DNA of 24,524 bases from Thainema sp. (GTDB lineage Bacteria > Cyanobacteriota > Cyanobacteriia > Phormidesmidales > Phormidesmidaceae), in the NCBI GenBank assembly GCA_052168235.1, contig JBQLZK010000080.1, positions 1 through 24,524 of the forward strand, read 5' to 3'. This document shows, piece by piece, positions 1 to 10,240 of the stretch. Both the position numbers and the translations under genes were made by a program. How positions within the stretch are numbered: the stretch's first letter is position 1; each line of letters opens with the position of its first letter. The notes below the pieces were generated by a model. That model ran no database searches, was not told the origin of the DNA, and worked only from the letters and a program-made list of their open reading frames with translations.

Positions 1-124
1 TTACCTGAACAACCAGCTCAGCCTTAATTCTCTCGCCAGCGGATGACGTGCTCCCTTGTGCAACATACGCACAATATGTGTTTCACAACACATCCCAAAG
101 TCAAGTTGAGCAAACCATCACCAT

Positions 125-1519
125 TTATCGTGTTAGAAATCGAACGCGCAAATTGTCGCGAGGGCGTGGCGTGGGAACTGTTACCAAACTCAGATCCTGA
201 TCGGGCAGCAATTGCCAGTCGTAGTTTTGAGCGAGTAGAGCCGCAAAAATTTTCATTTCTAAGCGAGCAAATTCCTTACCCAAACATTCGCGAATACCGC
301 CACCGAAGGGAACATAGCCATACTTTTGCCGATCCTCCGCCCGCTCTGGGCTAAAGCGATCGGGGTCAAACTGCTCTGGATTTTCGTACAGCTCAGGTTC
401 GTAATGAGTGAGACCAATCTGATAGAGCACTGTCCAGCCAGCGGGGATTTTGTAGCCTTCAAACTCACAGTCTTTCAACACCCGTCGGAAGCCACCGCCG
501 ACAGGAGGCGTAAACCGCAGCACTTCCTTAAGGACTTGCTCCAGATAGGTCATTTGCTTCAGCGTATCCAGGGTTAGGGGCTGATCCTTGAACTGGTCTT
601 GCTCAGCGCGAATTCGATTCAAGATATCTGGATGGAGGGCGGTTTGTAAGCAGAAGGTTGCGATCGCAGATGTTAATGTCTCATGCCCGGCAAACAGCAG
701 CAGCAACACCTGATCTTTCAGTTCTTCAGCGCTGAGCCGGGTGCCGTCCTCGTCTTCAGCTTGAACCAGTAAATCGAGTGCGTCCTGTGCTTTAGCGATC
801 TGCTCATCTGTAGATAAACCAGTGGACTGAGCAAAATGTGCCTGTCTCTGCCGAACAATGGTTTCGATTTCATTGAGTAGCTGGCGGCGAGCCTGCTTCG
901 CCTTGCCGAACCGCGTCCACGGCAGGTTGAGCGGAATCGAAAACAGTCCTTCACACCAGGTTTCAAACACATGACCCAGCGGTGTCTGAGAACCATTGTT
1001 CAGCCCAACCAGTAGTTTGCAGGCTACATCCAAAGTGTAATTCCGCAATTCTGGATACCAGGTAACCGTTCCCTGGCTCAGCCAACGCTGACAGTAAGCT
1101 GTCGTAACCTCAGTCATGGCATCGACATAAGTTGAGAGCGCGCGTGGCATGAACGCTTGTGCCAACAGCTTGCGCCGAGTTTGGTGAGTGCCACCCGTTT
1201 GCAGCGCCAGCGACAGTTCACCCAGTAGCACCGACGTGCTGGGCGGCCAGCTTACCTGAAAGTATTCATTTTCATGAGTCAGCACAAACCGATTGGCCTC
1301 TGCTCCCCGAATAAAAATGGTTGGACTACCCAGCAGCTTAGTTTTAAAGGCGCTGCTCTGGTACTTTTGAAAGCGCTTCTTGGCGAAATTCGAATCACCA
1401 AAGAAATCGAGCGTTTCGCCTAAGAAGGGCAAACCCATCTCGCCAGGAGGCAGCTTAGCCTGAGACTGTGAAGGATTTGGCTGCGGTTGGTTCGAATCAG
1501 GAGTTTCGGTAACAGTCAC
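125..1519 (-). CDS. Cytochrome P450, CYP120-like (cyanobacterial retinoid/apocarotenoid hydroxylase family)
   Basis: 464 aa ORF with N-terminal LPPGxxGLPFLGE, I-helix AGHETLT, K-helix EVLR, PDRF and heme-binding FGGGIRECLG. GTG start. Confidence 0.93.
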   Translation of the reverse strand: MTVTETPDSNQPQPNPSQSQAKLPPGEMGLPFLGETLDFFGDSNFAKKRFQKYQSSAFKTKLLGSPTIFIRGAEANRFVLTHENEYFQVSWPPSTSVLLGELSLALQTGGTHQTRRKLLAQAFMPRALSTYVDAMTEVTTAYCQRWLSQGTVTWYPELRNYTLDVACKLLVGLNNGSQTPLGHVFETWCEGLFSIPLNLPWTRFGKAKQARRQLLNEIETIVRQRQAHFAQSTGLSTDEQIAKAQDALDLLVQAEDEDGTRLSAEELKDQVLLLLFAGHETLTSAIATFCLQTALHPDILNRIRAEQDQFKDQPLTLDTLKQMTYLEQVLKEVLRFTPPVGGGFRRVLKDCEFEGYKIPAGWTVLYQIGLTHYEPELYENPEQFDPDRFSPERAEDRQKYGYVPFGGGIRECLGKEFARLEMKIFAALLAQNYDWQLLPDQDLSLVTVPTPRPRDNLRVRFLTR

Positions 1520-1573
1520 GGTGTCGATATGAACCCTATGGTTGCTTCAATAACCTACCGTTGGTCAATAAGC

Positions 1574-4177
1574 TTAGCTAACGACGAAATTCACTAACTT
1601 ACCCGGCACCACAATCACCTTACGGATTGTCTTGCCTTCAATATAGCGCTGCGCCACTTCTGATTCGCGAGCATAGGTTTCCAGGTCATCCTTACCGGAA
1701 TCGGCAGGCACCTCAATTGTGCCCCGCGTCTTACCCATAATCTGAATGACCAGCGTAATCTCATCCGCCACGAGAGCTTCGGGATCATAGATCGGCCAGC
1801 TTGCATGGTGAATCGAATCCGAATGCCCCAGCAGTTGCCACAGTTCCTCGGCAACGTGGGGCGCAAAGGGAGCTAGCAGCAGCAAGAGGGTTTGAATGCC
1901 CTCAGCGTAAATCGGAGCGTCAGCGGCTTTGAAATCTGACAGCGCATTGCTCAGCTTCATCAGCTCAGAAACTGCCGTATTGAACTGGTAGTCGCCCTCT
2001 AAGTCCTCGGTGACTTCCTTGATCGCCGTATGAATCGCCCGCCGCAGGGTTTTCTCATCTTTAGATAAGCCCTCGGCATTTTGCTCCTGAAGCTGCACTA
2101 AAGCCGGAATCTGCGCTAGATACTCCTGCTGCTGAGTAGCAAATTCGCTCACCAACCGCCACACGCGATTGAGGAAGCGATATTGGCCTTCAACATCCGC
2201 GTCATCCCACTCCAAATCCTTCTCTGGCGGAGCCTTAAACAGGATGAACATGCGGGCCGTATCTGCGCCGTATTTCTCCAGCACCAGCGCCGGATCGATG
2301 CCGTTGTACTTCGACTTCGACATCTTCTCGTAGAAGACCTCCAGCGGATCGCCCGTGGCCGGATCTTTCGGGTCGTCGGCATTCACCTCAGCGGGCGGAA
2401 TGTACTTGCCCGTCTTGGGATTCTTATAGGTCAGACCCTGCACCATGCCCTGCGTCAGCAACCGCTTAAACGGTTCGTCTACATTGAGCAAGTTGCGATC
2501 GCGCAAGAATTTGGTAAAGAAACGCGAGTAGAGCAGGTGCAAAATCGCGTGCTCAATCCCGCCCACATACTGATCGACCGCCATCCAGTCATTCGTCTTC
2601 GTCGGATCAAAGACCTCGCTTTCATTACCCGCATCGGGATAGCGCAGGAAATACCAGGACGAGTCAATAAACGTGTCCATCGTGTCAGTTTCCCGCTTGG
2701 CAGGTTCGCCACAGGAAGGACACTTGACGTTAATCCAGTCGTCCAACTGGGCCAATGGCGATGGGCCACGCCCCGAAAACTGAACGTCCTCCGGCAGTTG
2801 CACCGGAAGCTGATCATCCGGAACGGGCACCGCACCACAGCTCGGACAGTGAATAATTGGAATCGGTGCGCCCCAGTAGCGCTGACGAGAGATTAGCCAG
2901 TCCCGCAGACGGAAGTTGACCTGCTGCTCGCCTTTGCCCTCTTTTTCGAGATATGCGATCGCAGCTTCGACGCTTTCGCCTTCCCCTTTACCAGCGGTCA
3001 CGCCATCCAAGGGGCCAGAGTTGACCATCACCCCCTCACCGGGCCAAGCCTGGGTCATCGTGTCGCCATTCAGAGTCTGATCGGCAGGCTGCACAACGGC
3101 TTTTACGGGCAAGTCAAACTTGCGGGCAAATTCAAAGTCCCGCTGATCATGGGCTGGTACTGCCATAATCGCACCCGTACCGTAGCCCATGAGGACGTAA
3201 TCCGCGATCCAGATGGGAATTTTTTCACTGTTGACGGGATTGACGGCGTAACTGCCTGTCCACACGCCAGTTTTCTCGCGATCTTCAGCAGTCCGATCAA
3301 TTTCGCTTTTGCCAGCCGCTTCTTCCTGATATGCCTCAACCGTCGCCTTCTGCTCGGCTGTCGTCAACTGTTCAACCAGTGGATGCTCTGGCGACAGCAC
3401 CATAAACGTGGCACCCCAGAGCGTATCCGGGCGCGTCGTGAATACGGGCAGCTCGTCACCCGCTTCGGTTTTGAAAACGACCCGTGCGCCAGTGGACTTG
3501 CCGATCCAGTTTTCCTGCATCAGCTTCACCCGTTCCGGCCAGCCGTCTAGCGTCTGTAGGTCGTCCAAAAGCTGATCGGCGTAGTCGGTAATCTTGAGGA
3601 ACCACTGGCGCAGCATCTTGCGCTCCACTTTCGCGCCAGAGCGCCAGGAATAGCCCTCGCTATCCACCTGCTCGTTCGCCAGTACGGTTTGATCCACCGG
3701 GTCCCAGTTGACGGCGGATTCCTTCTGGTAGGCCAAACCCGCTTTGAAAAACTCTAGGAAAATCCACTGCGTCCAGCGGTAGTAATCCGGCGAACAGGTG
3801 GCAACTTCCTTCGACCAGTCAATCGAGAAGCCCAACTGCTGAAGCTGTTCCCGCATCTGATCAATGTTTTGATATGTCCATTTGGCCGGATGAACACCCC
3901 GATCAATGGCTGCGTTCTCAGCAGGTAAACCAAAGGCATCCCAACCCATCGGATGCAGCACCCGATAGCCCTTCATTCGCTGCACGCGGGCAATCACGTC
4001 CGTGATCGTGTAGTTGCGGACGTGCCCCATGTGTAGTTTGCCAGACGGATAGGGAAACATCGACAGCGCATAAAATTTGGGCTTATCGCTGTTCTCAGGG
4101 GTTTGATAAATGCCCTGTTCGGCCCAATGCTGTTGCCACTTTTGCTCAATATTGGCGGGGTTATATCGAGACTCCAC
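1574..4177 (-). CDS. leuS: Leucine--tRNA ligase
   Basis: [13 protein letters not shown] (HIGH motif), KMSKS, CP1 editing motifs FTTRPDT and [16 protein letters not shown]-terminal VPGKLVNFV. Start placed at GTG 4177 (VESRYNP...), which has AGGAG upstream, rather than the ORF-track start at 4261. Confidence 0.98.
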   Translation of the reverse strand: MESRYNPANIEQKWQQHWAEQGIYQTPENSDKPKFYALSMFPYPSGKLHMGHVRNYTITDVIARVQRMKGYRVLHPMGWDAFGLPAENAAIDRGVHPAKWTYQNIDQMREQLQQLGFSIDWSKEVATCSPDYYRWTQWIFLEFFKAGLAYQKESAVNWDPVDQTVLANEQVDSEGYSWRSGAKVERKMLRQWFLKITDYADQLLDDLQTLDGWPERVKLMQENWIGKSTGARVVFKTEAGDELPVFTTRPDTLWGATFMVLSPEHPLVEQLTTAEQKATVEAYQEEAAGKSEIDRTAEDREKTGVWTGSYAVNPVNSEKIPIWIADYVLMGYGTGAIMAVPAHDQRDFEFARKFDLPVKAVVQPADQTLNGDTMTQAWPGEGVMVNSGPLDGVTAGKGEGESVEAAIAYLEKEGKGEQQVNFRLRDWLISRQRYWGAPIPIIHCPSCGAVPVPDDQLPVQLPEDVQFSGRGPSPLAQLDDWINVKCPSCGEPAKRETDTMDTFIDSSWYFLRYPDAGNESEVFDPTKTNDWMAVDQYVGGIEHAILHLLYSRFFTKFLRDRNLLNVDEPFKRLLTQGMVQGLTYKNPKTGKYIPPAEVNADDPKDPATGDPLEVFYEKMSKSKYNGIDPALVLEKYGADTARMFILFKAPPEKDLEWDDADVEGQYRFLNRVWRLVSEFATQQQEYLAQIPALVQLQEQNAEGLSKDEKTLRRAIHTAIKEVTEDLEGDYQFNTAVSELMKLSNALSDFKAADAPIYAEGIQTLLLLLAPFAPHVAEELWQLLGHSDSIHHASWPIYDPEALVADEITLVIQIMGKTRGTIEVPADSGKDDLETYARESEVAQRYIEGKTIRKVIVVPGKLVNFVVS

Positions 4178-4457
4178 GCGCAGAATGCTCCTACTTCTCA
4201 ATCGGCTGGGAATACAACTATAGCGTTGATCGATAACGCTGATAGATCGCTGACAGCCCATGTACCGTGAAACGGCAAACGGCTGATTTTATCGGCAATC
4301 TGATCAACCTCAATTGTAATCGTTCATGCGTAATTGCAAACTCTAGGTGACATGCCACTCCTAGGATCTGCGATCGCAACAACCATCACACATAACCATC
4401 ACATTAATACCCAGCGAAGATTAGACGGCTCCGCGCAAATTTTACTCACCCGCTCCC

Positions 4458-4943
4458 TTAAAATGTCGGGTCGTGCTGATAGTCCCAACACGAATCGTCT
4501 TGCCACAGACGTCCGCTTCTTTCACAGCTTGCTTGATCAGATTCAAAGGGAACAATTGTCGGGGCAGCCGGAGCAGTAAACCAGTTTGGAAGATGATGCG
4601 TTGCCAGCAGCCCCAGCGTGAGCAGAAGTGGACTGCTGGCTAGCAGGATGCCAGCAAAGACCAAGATATTAGCCTTCGTCCAGATGGGATGCTTAGTGCG
4701 CTCTTGTCGGCGACGATAGATTGACCGCAGTTCTCGTCCAGCTAAAACAACCAGATAAAACCGCGATCGCACTCCCGGAAATGTTAATCGAATATTGACA
4801 GTATGCGGTCGCGATTGTAAGGCTTGCTGCAACGCTTCTAGCTGCTTGATGTTAAACGTAGCCGCCATCTTTGGATCCATTCTTAACAGCAGTTGATCTG
4901 TAACAGAGGGTTGTGCTGACGATTGTTTAATCGAATATTTCAT
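4458..4943 (-). CDS. Conserved hypothetical membrane protein
   Basis: ORF with AGGAG before ATG 4943 (longer start at 4970 possible). One hydrophobic segment (ILVFAGILLASSPLLLTLGLL) and a C-terminal Cys pair (CERSGRLWQDDSC). Confidence 0.7.
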   Translation of the reverse strand: MKYSIKQSSAQPSVTDQLLLRMDPKMAATFNIKQLEALQQALQSRPHTVNIRLTFPGVRSRFYLVVLAGRELRSIYRRRQERTKHPIWTKANILVFAGILLASSPLLLTLGLLATHHLPNWFTAPAAPTIVPFESDQASCERSGRLWQDDSCWDYQHDPTF

Positions 4944-5376
4944 GTTCTCTCCTGAAAAAGATATAGCCATTCAGTTACGCCAAAATAGTCAAATAGCTAT
5001 ATGACTAAAATAACAATGATGATAACCAAACTCCATCCGCTGAATCACTGACCGCAAAAAAATGAGCAATAATATTCTTAATAATTGCCGCTATTCTTAT
5101 AGCCATTTAAATCAGCTAAATCAATCGATGTACTGCCCTAAAGCTGATACAGAATCCGCTCAAAAAGCAGACTGAACTGCCGTGCAAAAGCCAGGTATAG
5201 CTTGACTTTTACACAGCAGTAATTTAGATTATTTATACTTAATCTCTTCCTGTTTATAGCCATCGCCGCTTCGGTTGAGACATTTAAGAAATCCAATGTT
5301 TAAACGTTTGAACGTTTTCGGAGTTTTCCAATGTCCTAATCGACGTGGCTACTGCTATAGATTCAACATGAGGGCT

Positions 5377-5422
5377 AACGGAAAGTCGTTTTTATATCAA
5401 ACGGAAAGTCGTTTTTATATCA
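5377..5422. repeat. Exact 23-bp tandem duplication (AACGGAAAGTCGTTTTTATATCA x2)
   Basis: Read directly: copies at 5377-5399 and 5400-5422. Confidence 0.9.
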
Positions 5423-5469
5423 AATTGATAACAAAAGAATAACGACTCACTGTAGAGGGTTTATATCAA

Positions 5470-8049
5470 TCACTCCCAACGGCGAGGCTGGCTGAGGAAG
5501 TGAACCATGTTTTGCTGAGACAACGGTTTAGCGAAATAGTAGCCCTGGCCATACTCACACTGAAGGCGTTTGAGAATACCAACCTGGGCCTGACTCTCCA
5601 CACCCTCCGCCACAATTTCCATACCAAGATTGTGACCTAGCGAGATAATCGTTTGGACAATTTCGTGATTTTCATTGTCTTCTTCCATACGGCTGATAAA
5701 AGACTGATCAATTTTCAGCGTATCCATTGGAAATCGATGTAGATAGCTCAGGGAAGAATATCCCGTGCCAAAGTCATCAATGCTCAGTTTAAAGTTAAGG
5801 GCTTTTAGGCTCAGCATTAAATCAATGGCTGCTTCCACATCACTCATCACCATGCTTTCTGTAATTTCAATCCGGATATATTCGCCGCTAATGCCAACTT
5901 CTTCTAGAATTCGGCCTAACTGTCCGGCTAAATCTGCATGGGTAAACTGCCGACCAGATAAGTTAATGCTCATAGAGAGCGTCGGATAGTGAGGAAACTG
6001 CTTTTGCCATTTATAAATTTGTTGGCACGCTTCCCGGAAAATCCACTCGCCCAAGGGCACAATTAATCCCGTTTCTTCCGCCACTGGAATAAATGCACCG
6101 GGTGACACAAAGCCCCGCTGGTGGTGACGCCATCGTGCAAGTGCCTCAAAACCTGAAATGACTCCAGACTCTAAATGAATAATCGGCTGATAGTGCAGCG
6201 AAAATTCCTGATGCTGTAGCCCCTGCCGCAGATCGCTTTCCATCTGGAGGCGGTCGATTACTTCAGTGAGCATACCCGCCGCAAACACCTCGTGTCGGGC
6301 CTTACCGAGGGCTTTCGCTCGATACATCGCTGTATGGGCATCTCGCAAAAAGTTCTCGGGACGATGGGCATATCCCTGTTGGGCGAGGGCAATACCAATA
6401 CTGACGGAGGTAGATACTTCCCGATTATCAAGTGAAAAGGGGGCACTAAGCTGCTGCTGCAAATCGTCAGCAAAATCCGATACTTCAGTCCCTGCATGAT
6501 AGGGAAACAAAATTGCGAATTCATCTCCGCCAACGCGAGCAAGCTGGGCGGCAGAGGGCAGCAACGACTGAATTCGATGCACAATGCGGTTCAGGAACTG
6601 AGTTCCTACATCCTGCCCCACACTTTCACTGATAATTTTAAACCGCTCCAAATTCAAAAACATTACGGCAACCGACTGATCTTTTTTACGCCGTTGGGAG
6701 CGATTCAAGAATTTTTGGACGCGGCGGATGAACTCGTCTCGGTTGGGCAATCCGGTTGTCCAATCACGGGAGGTACTGTAGGACAACCGATAGCTGATGA
6801 CTAAAATGCCGCTGGCCAGAAGCGTCACAATCGGTGTGATCAGCGGAATCCAAAGATTGAAGTTAAAGCTCAACCAGCCAACTCCCAGGATAACGCATAG
6901 ACTCGCGGCACCTGCGATCGCAAGCCAACGCGGATTATGTACCCACCAACCAATAATGCCGCCAGCCACAGCACAGGCCCACAGCCACAGCCACTCTCCC
7001 CAGTACGGCCAAAAGGCGAAAAGGGACTGCTGACCCTCAACCGTAGAGAGAACCTGGCTAATCATCTGGGCATGGACAAACACACCCGGCATTTCGCTCC
7101 GCTGATAGGTAGTGTAAGGCGTTGGGAACAAATCCTTCAAGCTGGGAGCCGTCACGCCGATCAGCACAATTTTGCCTTCAATCCAAGCCGGATCGTAGCG
7201 GCCAGTCAGCACATCAGTCACGCTAATTTGACGCGCGACCTGATTGCGATCGCGATAGTTTGCCATCACCTGGTAGCCGCTGGCATCCGCTTTCGCATAT
7301 CCGCCTGCATAGTTTGGCAATCGCGGAAACGGCACGTCGTTGATATAGATCGCCTGCTGATCAAAACGAAATAACTGTTCCGCCCCTGGAGGTGACTCCG
7401 CAGTCTGCTGACTGGCCAAATAAGCCAAACTCACCCGCAGACCAAACGAATAGAAATCCTGATTAGCGGTCGGGACGAATAACAAATTGCGGCGCACAAT
7501 GCCGCTCTGATCCAGCACCAAATCGTTAAATCCAATTCGCTGTTCTGGAACAGTCGGCGGCGGTTCAACAGCTGCAACCTCAGATCCCCCCACATTGGTA
7601 ATCGCAATTAAATTATCGGCCTGTAGCTGCTGCCGGAGTTGGTCGTTGCCGGGCGGATGAGGCACATTGCGATAGATATCAAGGCCCACAACGGCAGGCT
7701 GATGGCTTTGTAGCGTCGCCAGCACATCAGCTAAAACCTGATCATTCAGCGGCCACTGCTCCTGAATCGCCAAATCTTCTTCTGTAATGCCAACCACCAG
7801 CAGACGCGGATCGATACCGTCATCCTGCTGCAGCCACGTCATCGTGTCGTAGGCATAAAACTCGGATGGTTCAAAAATACCAAACAACTCAGCTGTTCCA
7901 CCAACGACAGCCGTGATTGCAATGCTGGACAGCAACACAGAACGTGCGCCCAGTTTCGCCATCGGCCTCCTCATCAAGGAGGTGCGATCGCAATTCGGCC
8001 AGGTTGTTTTAATAGTCCGGCGAATTCGCTGTACAAAAGTAGCAATCAC
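5470..8049 (-). CDS. CHASE2-TM-GGDEF-EAL protein, probable c-di-GMP phosphodiesterase
   Basis: CHASE2 motifs (DPRLLVVGITEED, VGLDIYR, GKIVLIG, MPGVFVHAQ), three TM helices, RVGGDEF, EAL domain with FEALARW, EITES, DDFGTGYSS and AEGVE. An alternative ATG start at 7962 has a GAGGAGG RBS. Confidence 0.93.
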   Translation of the reverse strand: MIATFVQRIRRTIKTTWPNCDRTSLMRRPMAKLGARSVLLSSIAITAVVGGTAELFGIFEPSEFYAYDTMTWLQQDDGIDPRLLVVGITEEDLAIQEQWPLNDQVLADVLATLQSHQPAVVGLDIYRNVPHPPGNDQLRQQLQADNLIAITNVGGSEVAAVEPPPTVPEQRIGFNDLVLDQSGIVRRNLLFVPTANQDFYSFGLRVSLAYLASQQTAESPPGAEQLFRFDQQAIYINDVPFPRLPNYAGGYAKADASGYQVMANYRDRNQVARQISVTDVLTGRYDPAWIEGKIVLIGVTAPSLKDLFPTPYTTYQRSEMPGVFVHAQMISQVLSTVEGQQSLFAFWPYWGEWLWLWACAVAGGIIGWWVHNPRWLAIAGAASLCVILGVGWLSFNFNLWIPLITPIVTLLASGILVISYRLSYSTSRDWTTGLPNRDEFIRRVQKFLNRSQRRKKDQSVAVMFLNLERFKIISESVGQDVGTQFLNRIVHRIQSLLPSAAQLARVGGDEFAILFPYHAGTEVSDFADDLQQQLSAPFSLDNREVSTSVSIGIALAQQGYAHRPENFLRDAHTAMYRAKALGKARHEVFAAGMLTEVIDRLQMESDLRQGLQHQEFSLHYQPIIHLESGVISGFEALARWRHHQRGFVSPGAFIPVAEETGLIVPLGEWIFREACQQIYKWQKQFPHYPTLSMSINLSGRQFTHADLAGQLGRILEEVGISGEYIRIEITESMVMSDVEAAIDLMLSLKALNFKLSIDDFGTGYSSLSYLHRFPMDTLKIDQSFISRMEEDNENHEIVQTIISLGHNLGMEIVAEGVESQAQVGILKRLQCEYGQGYYFAKPLSQQNMVHFLSQPRRWE

Positions 8050-8389
8050 GACAGTTCGTTGAATGAAATACTAGCAATCACAATGATATGTTGAACAAAG
8101 TACAGAGCCTATTTCCTGAAATCGCGCCGAATTCACCACACTTAATAAATAAGATCAGACTGATATCAAGTTGGCTAATGAAGTATAAATTTGATCAGGT
8201 TTAATCGTCATTTGTTCAATGGTTATTGGGCAGAACAATGCTTCTGTTTTCCAGTATTTACAGCATAGCTTCAGCCCGCTCGGGACACTTTCTCAAGATA
8301 TATGACCGAAATTGAGAGAAATCGTATTTAGCTATTCTGCCAAACTGCTTTGTCAAGTTGAGTAGATGCCAGCAATTAAACTTAAACAG

Positions 8390-8432
8390 ACCCAATCGGG
8401 GGATGCCCCTCAGGGGCATCCCCCGATTGGGT
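8390..8432. repeat. Perfect 43-bp palindrome (21-bp arms, 1-nt centre) flanked by a 9-bp direct repeat
   Basis: ACCCAATCGGGGGATGCCCCT-C-AGGGGCATCCCCCGATTGGGT, with TTAAACTTA at 8376-8384 and 8432-8440. Confidence 0.9.
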
Positions 8433-8951
8433 TAAACTTATTGACACCAACCTACTGCATGACATTAAGCTCAATTAATGGCAGCAAAATCATATCAATT
8501 GCTTAGGTTAGAGATTGAGACTTCCCACAATAAAACTCTATGCTTAACATGAATTTGATTGACAAGGTTGAATTTTTGATGGGGAAAATCCGCTAACTCA
8601 CCTTAAACTAAGGATAATGATGGCGTTTCAACCAGATGACCTAATAACTTGTCATATAACTTGTCATGTAAAAAAGAGATTCAGATTCGGATTCGGGTCG
8701 AATTACTCCCAATCTTGTACCAAAACCCAAAGCGACTGTTTGGTCGCCGCAGCGCGACGGTACAGTGAATCTTCTAGGGTATTGATTGGCAAGGTACAAG
8801 ATATGGAGATTAACGATTTTTGAGACGCAGCCCTGAATTGCCGATGCGCTGATTCATTCTTCAGCATGCCCATAATTTTTGACTTGATATCACGTTCACC
8901 TTACTTTCTGTTTGAATCACTGCAGCAGGCAAGCACGAAAATTTTTGTATT

Positions 8952-9009
8952 AACCCCCAACAGGTGAGTTTGCTGCTGATTACAGCAGCAAACTCACCTG
9001 TTGGGGGTT
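8952..9009 (-). terminator. Perfect 27-bp-stem hairpin downstream of the ABC substrate-binding gene (terminator, 3' stabiliser or REP-like element)
   Basis: AACCCCCAACAGGTGAGTTTGCTGCTG-ATTA-CAGCAGCAAACTCACCTGTTGGGGGTT, 22 bp after the stop at 9032. The structure is certain; the function is inferred. Confidence 0.6.
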
Positions 9010-9031
9010 TCCCATACGATGACTCAATCAG

Positions 9032-9952
9032 CTACTGAATCAGCCCAGCCTGCTCCAGAAATTCCCGTGCTACAGCCGCAGGTTCCCGTTGATTACCGCT
9101 GACCTCATAGTTGAGCTGCTGCATCGTTTCATCCGTCAGTTGAGGTGCGATCGCATTTAAAGCCTCAGCCAGCGTCGGATAAGCGTCTAGAATTTCCTGG
9201 CGCACCACCGGAGCAACCTGATAGGGCGGGAACAGATTTTGATCATCGGCCAAAACGACTAAATCATAGGCAGCAATTTCGCCATCGGTGCCAAACGCCG
9301 CAGCCACATCGGCTTCTCCATCCACCAAAGCGGTATAGCGTAATCCAGGATCAACAGCCTTATAGGCTTTTAATGCAAAATCTCCATAGGCCGACTTCAA
9401 ACCAGGCAAGCCATCCTCCCGCACTTCAAACTCCGGTGGGCCAACCATTGTCAATTGATCCGCTTTGGCCGCCATCTCTGAAATAGTCGCGATCCCCAAG
9501 CTTTCTGACTGTTCTCGCGTCATGGCCAGCGCCTGGGTATTATTCATCGGCGCAGGCTCCAGCCAAACCAGATTAAATTGCTCCTGATATTGCTCAGCAA
9601 CGGTTTGATACACAGCTGCTGGATCACTATTGGCCGGCTGCTTGAGCACAGTTAATAACCCCGTGCCCGTGTATTCGGGATACAGATCAATCTCGCCGCT
9701 AGTCAACGCGGCTTGTGCCACTGGCGTGCCGCCTAAATTCAGCTTACGTTCTACGGGCAAACCGCTATTTTCCAACACCAAGGCGTACATTTCGCCAATA
9801 ATAAACTGCTCGGTAAAATCCTTTGAGCCAACTCGAATCGTCGGATTTTGGTTGGTTGACGCACTGTTATTACAGGCAACGACTGCTACTGTTGCCACCA
9901 TTGCCAAGCAAAGCATGACAACAAACCGCCACATTGACCGGACACGCACCAT
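9032..9952 (-). CDS. Glycine betaine/osmoprotectant ABC transporter substrate-binding lipoprotein (OsmF/OpuBC-like)
   Basis: Signal peptide with lipobox VVAC; IRVGSKDFTEQ, GEIDLYPEYTGT, NNTQALA, REDGLPGL and LADDQNLFPPYQ motifs. Start placed at ATG 9952 (AAAGGTG upstream). Confidence 0.92.
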   Translation of the reverse strand: MVRVRSMWRFVVMLCLAMVATVAVVACNNSASTNQNPTIRVGSKDFTEQFIIGEMYALVLENSGLPVERKLNLGGTPVAQAALTSGEIDLYPEYTGTGLLTVLKQPANSDPAAVYQTVAEQYQEQFNLVWLEPAPMNNTQALAMTREQSESLGIATISEMAAKADQLTMVGPPEFEVREDGLPGLKSAYGDFALKAYKAVDPGLRYTALVDGEADVAAAFGTDGEIAAYDLVVLADDQNLFPPYQVAPVVRQEILDAYPTLAEALNAIAPQLTDETMQQLNYEVSGNQREPAAVAREFLEQAGLIQ

Positions 9953-10138
9953 ACAATCACCTTTATTTTGAGGTCTGTTCTGAGGTATATCCATTGGCTG
10001 ACGCTGTTCAACCGCCAGCCAAATAAACTTAACGTTTGATAACGCAGCTGTTACCACCATAAGCTCACTCAAAACTGGGAGAGGCCCCCTGCCAAGGTAC
10101 TTCCCAGTTTTAGGTCAGTCTATAAATCCCAGCCTCGA

Positions 10139-10157
10139 CAAACCGATTATCGGTTTG
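10139..10157. promoter_or_regulatory. Palindromic candidate operator CAAACCGAT-T-ATCGGTTTG between divergent genes
   Basis: Perfect 9-1-9 palindrome in the intergenic region between the ABC SBP and GT2 genes. A second stem, AAAACTGGGA...TCCCAGTTTT, lies at 10071-10111. Confidence 0.35.
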
Positions 10158-10240
10158 CCTGTTATCCTGAGCTACAGCCTGTCTATACTAAGCGTATTGC
10201 GCGTGATGCCTTTTGGCCCAGCCGTCTCATTCTCTTACCC

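Noticed and set aside
43..3939. Short alternative-frame and antisense ORFs within the P450 and leuS genes (and likewise in the other long genes)
   Set aside because: They lie almost entirely within well-supported genes and show no motifs.
8644..8667. ATAACTTGTCAT x2 as a Pho-box-like site
   Set aside because: The period is 12 bp rather than 11 and there is no obvious target gene; probably slippage.
8703..8873. 56-aa minus-strand ORF (MGMLKNESAH...QDWE) and the overlapping + ORF 8617-8823
   Set aside because: No clear RBS or recognisable motif; coding status cannot be supported.
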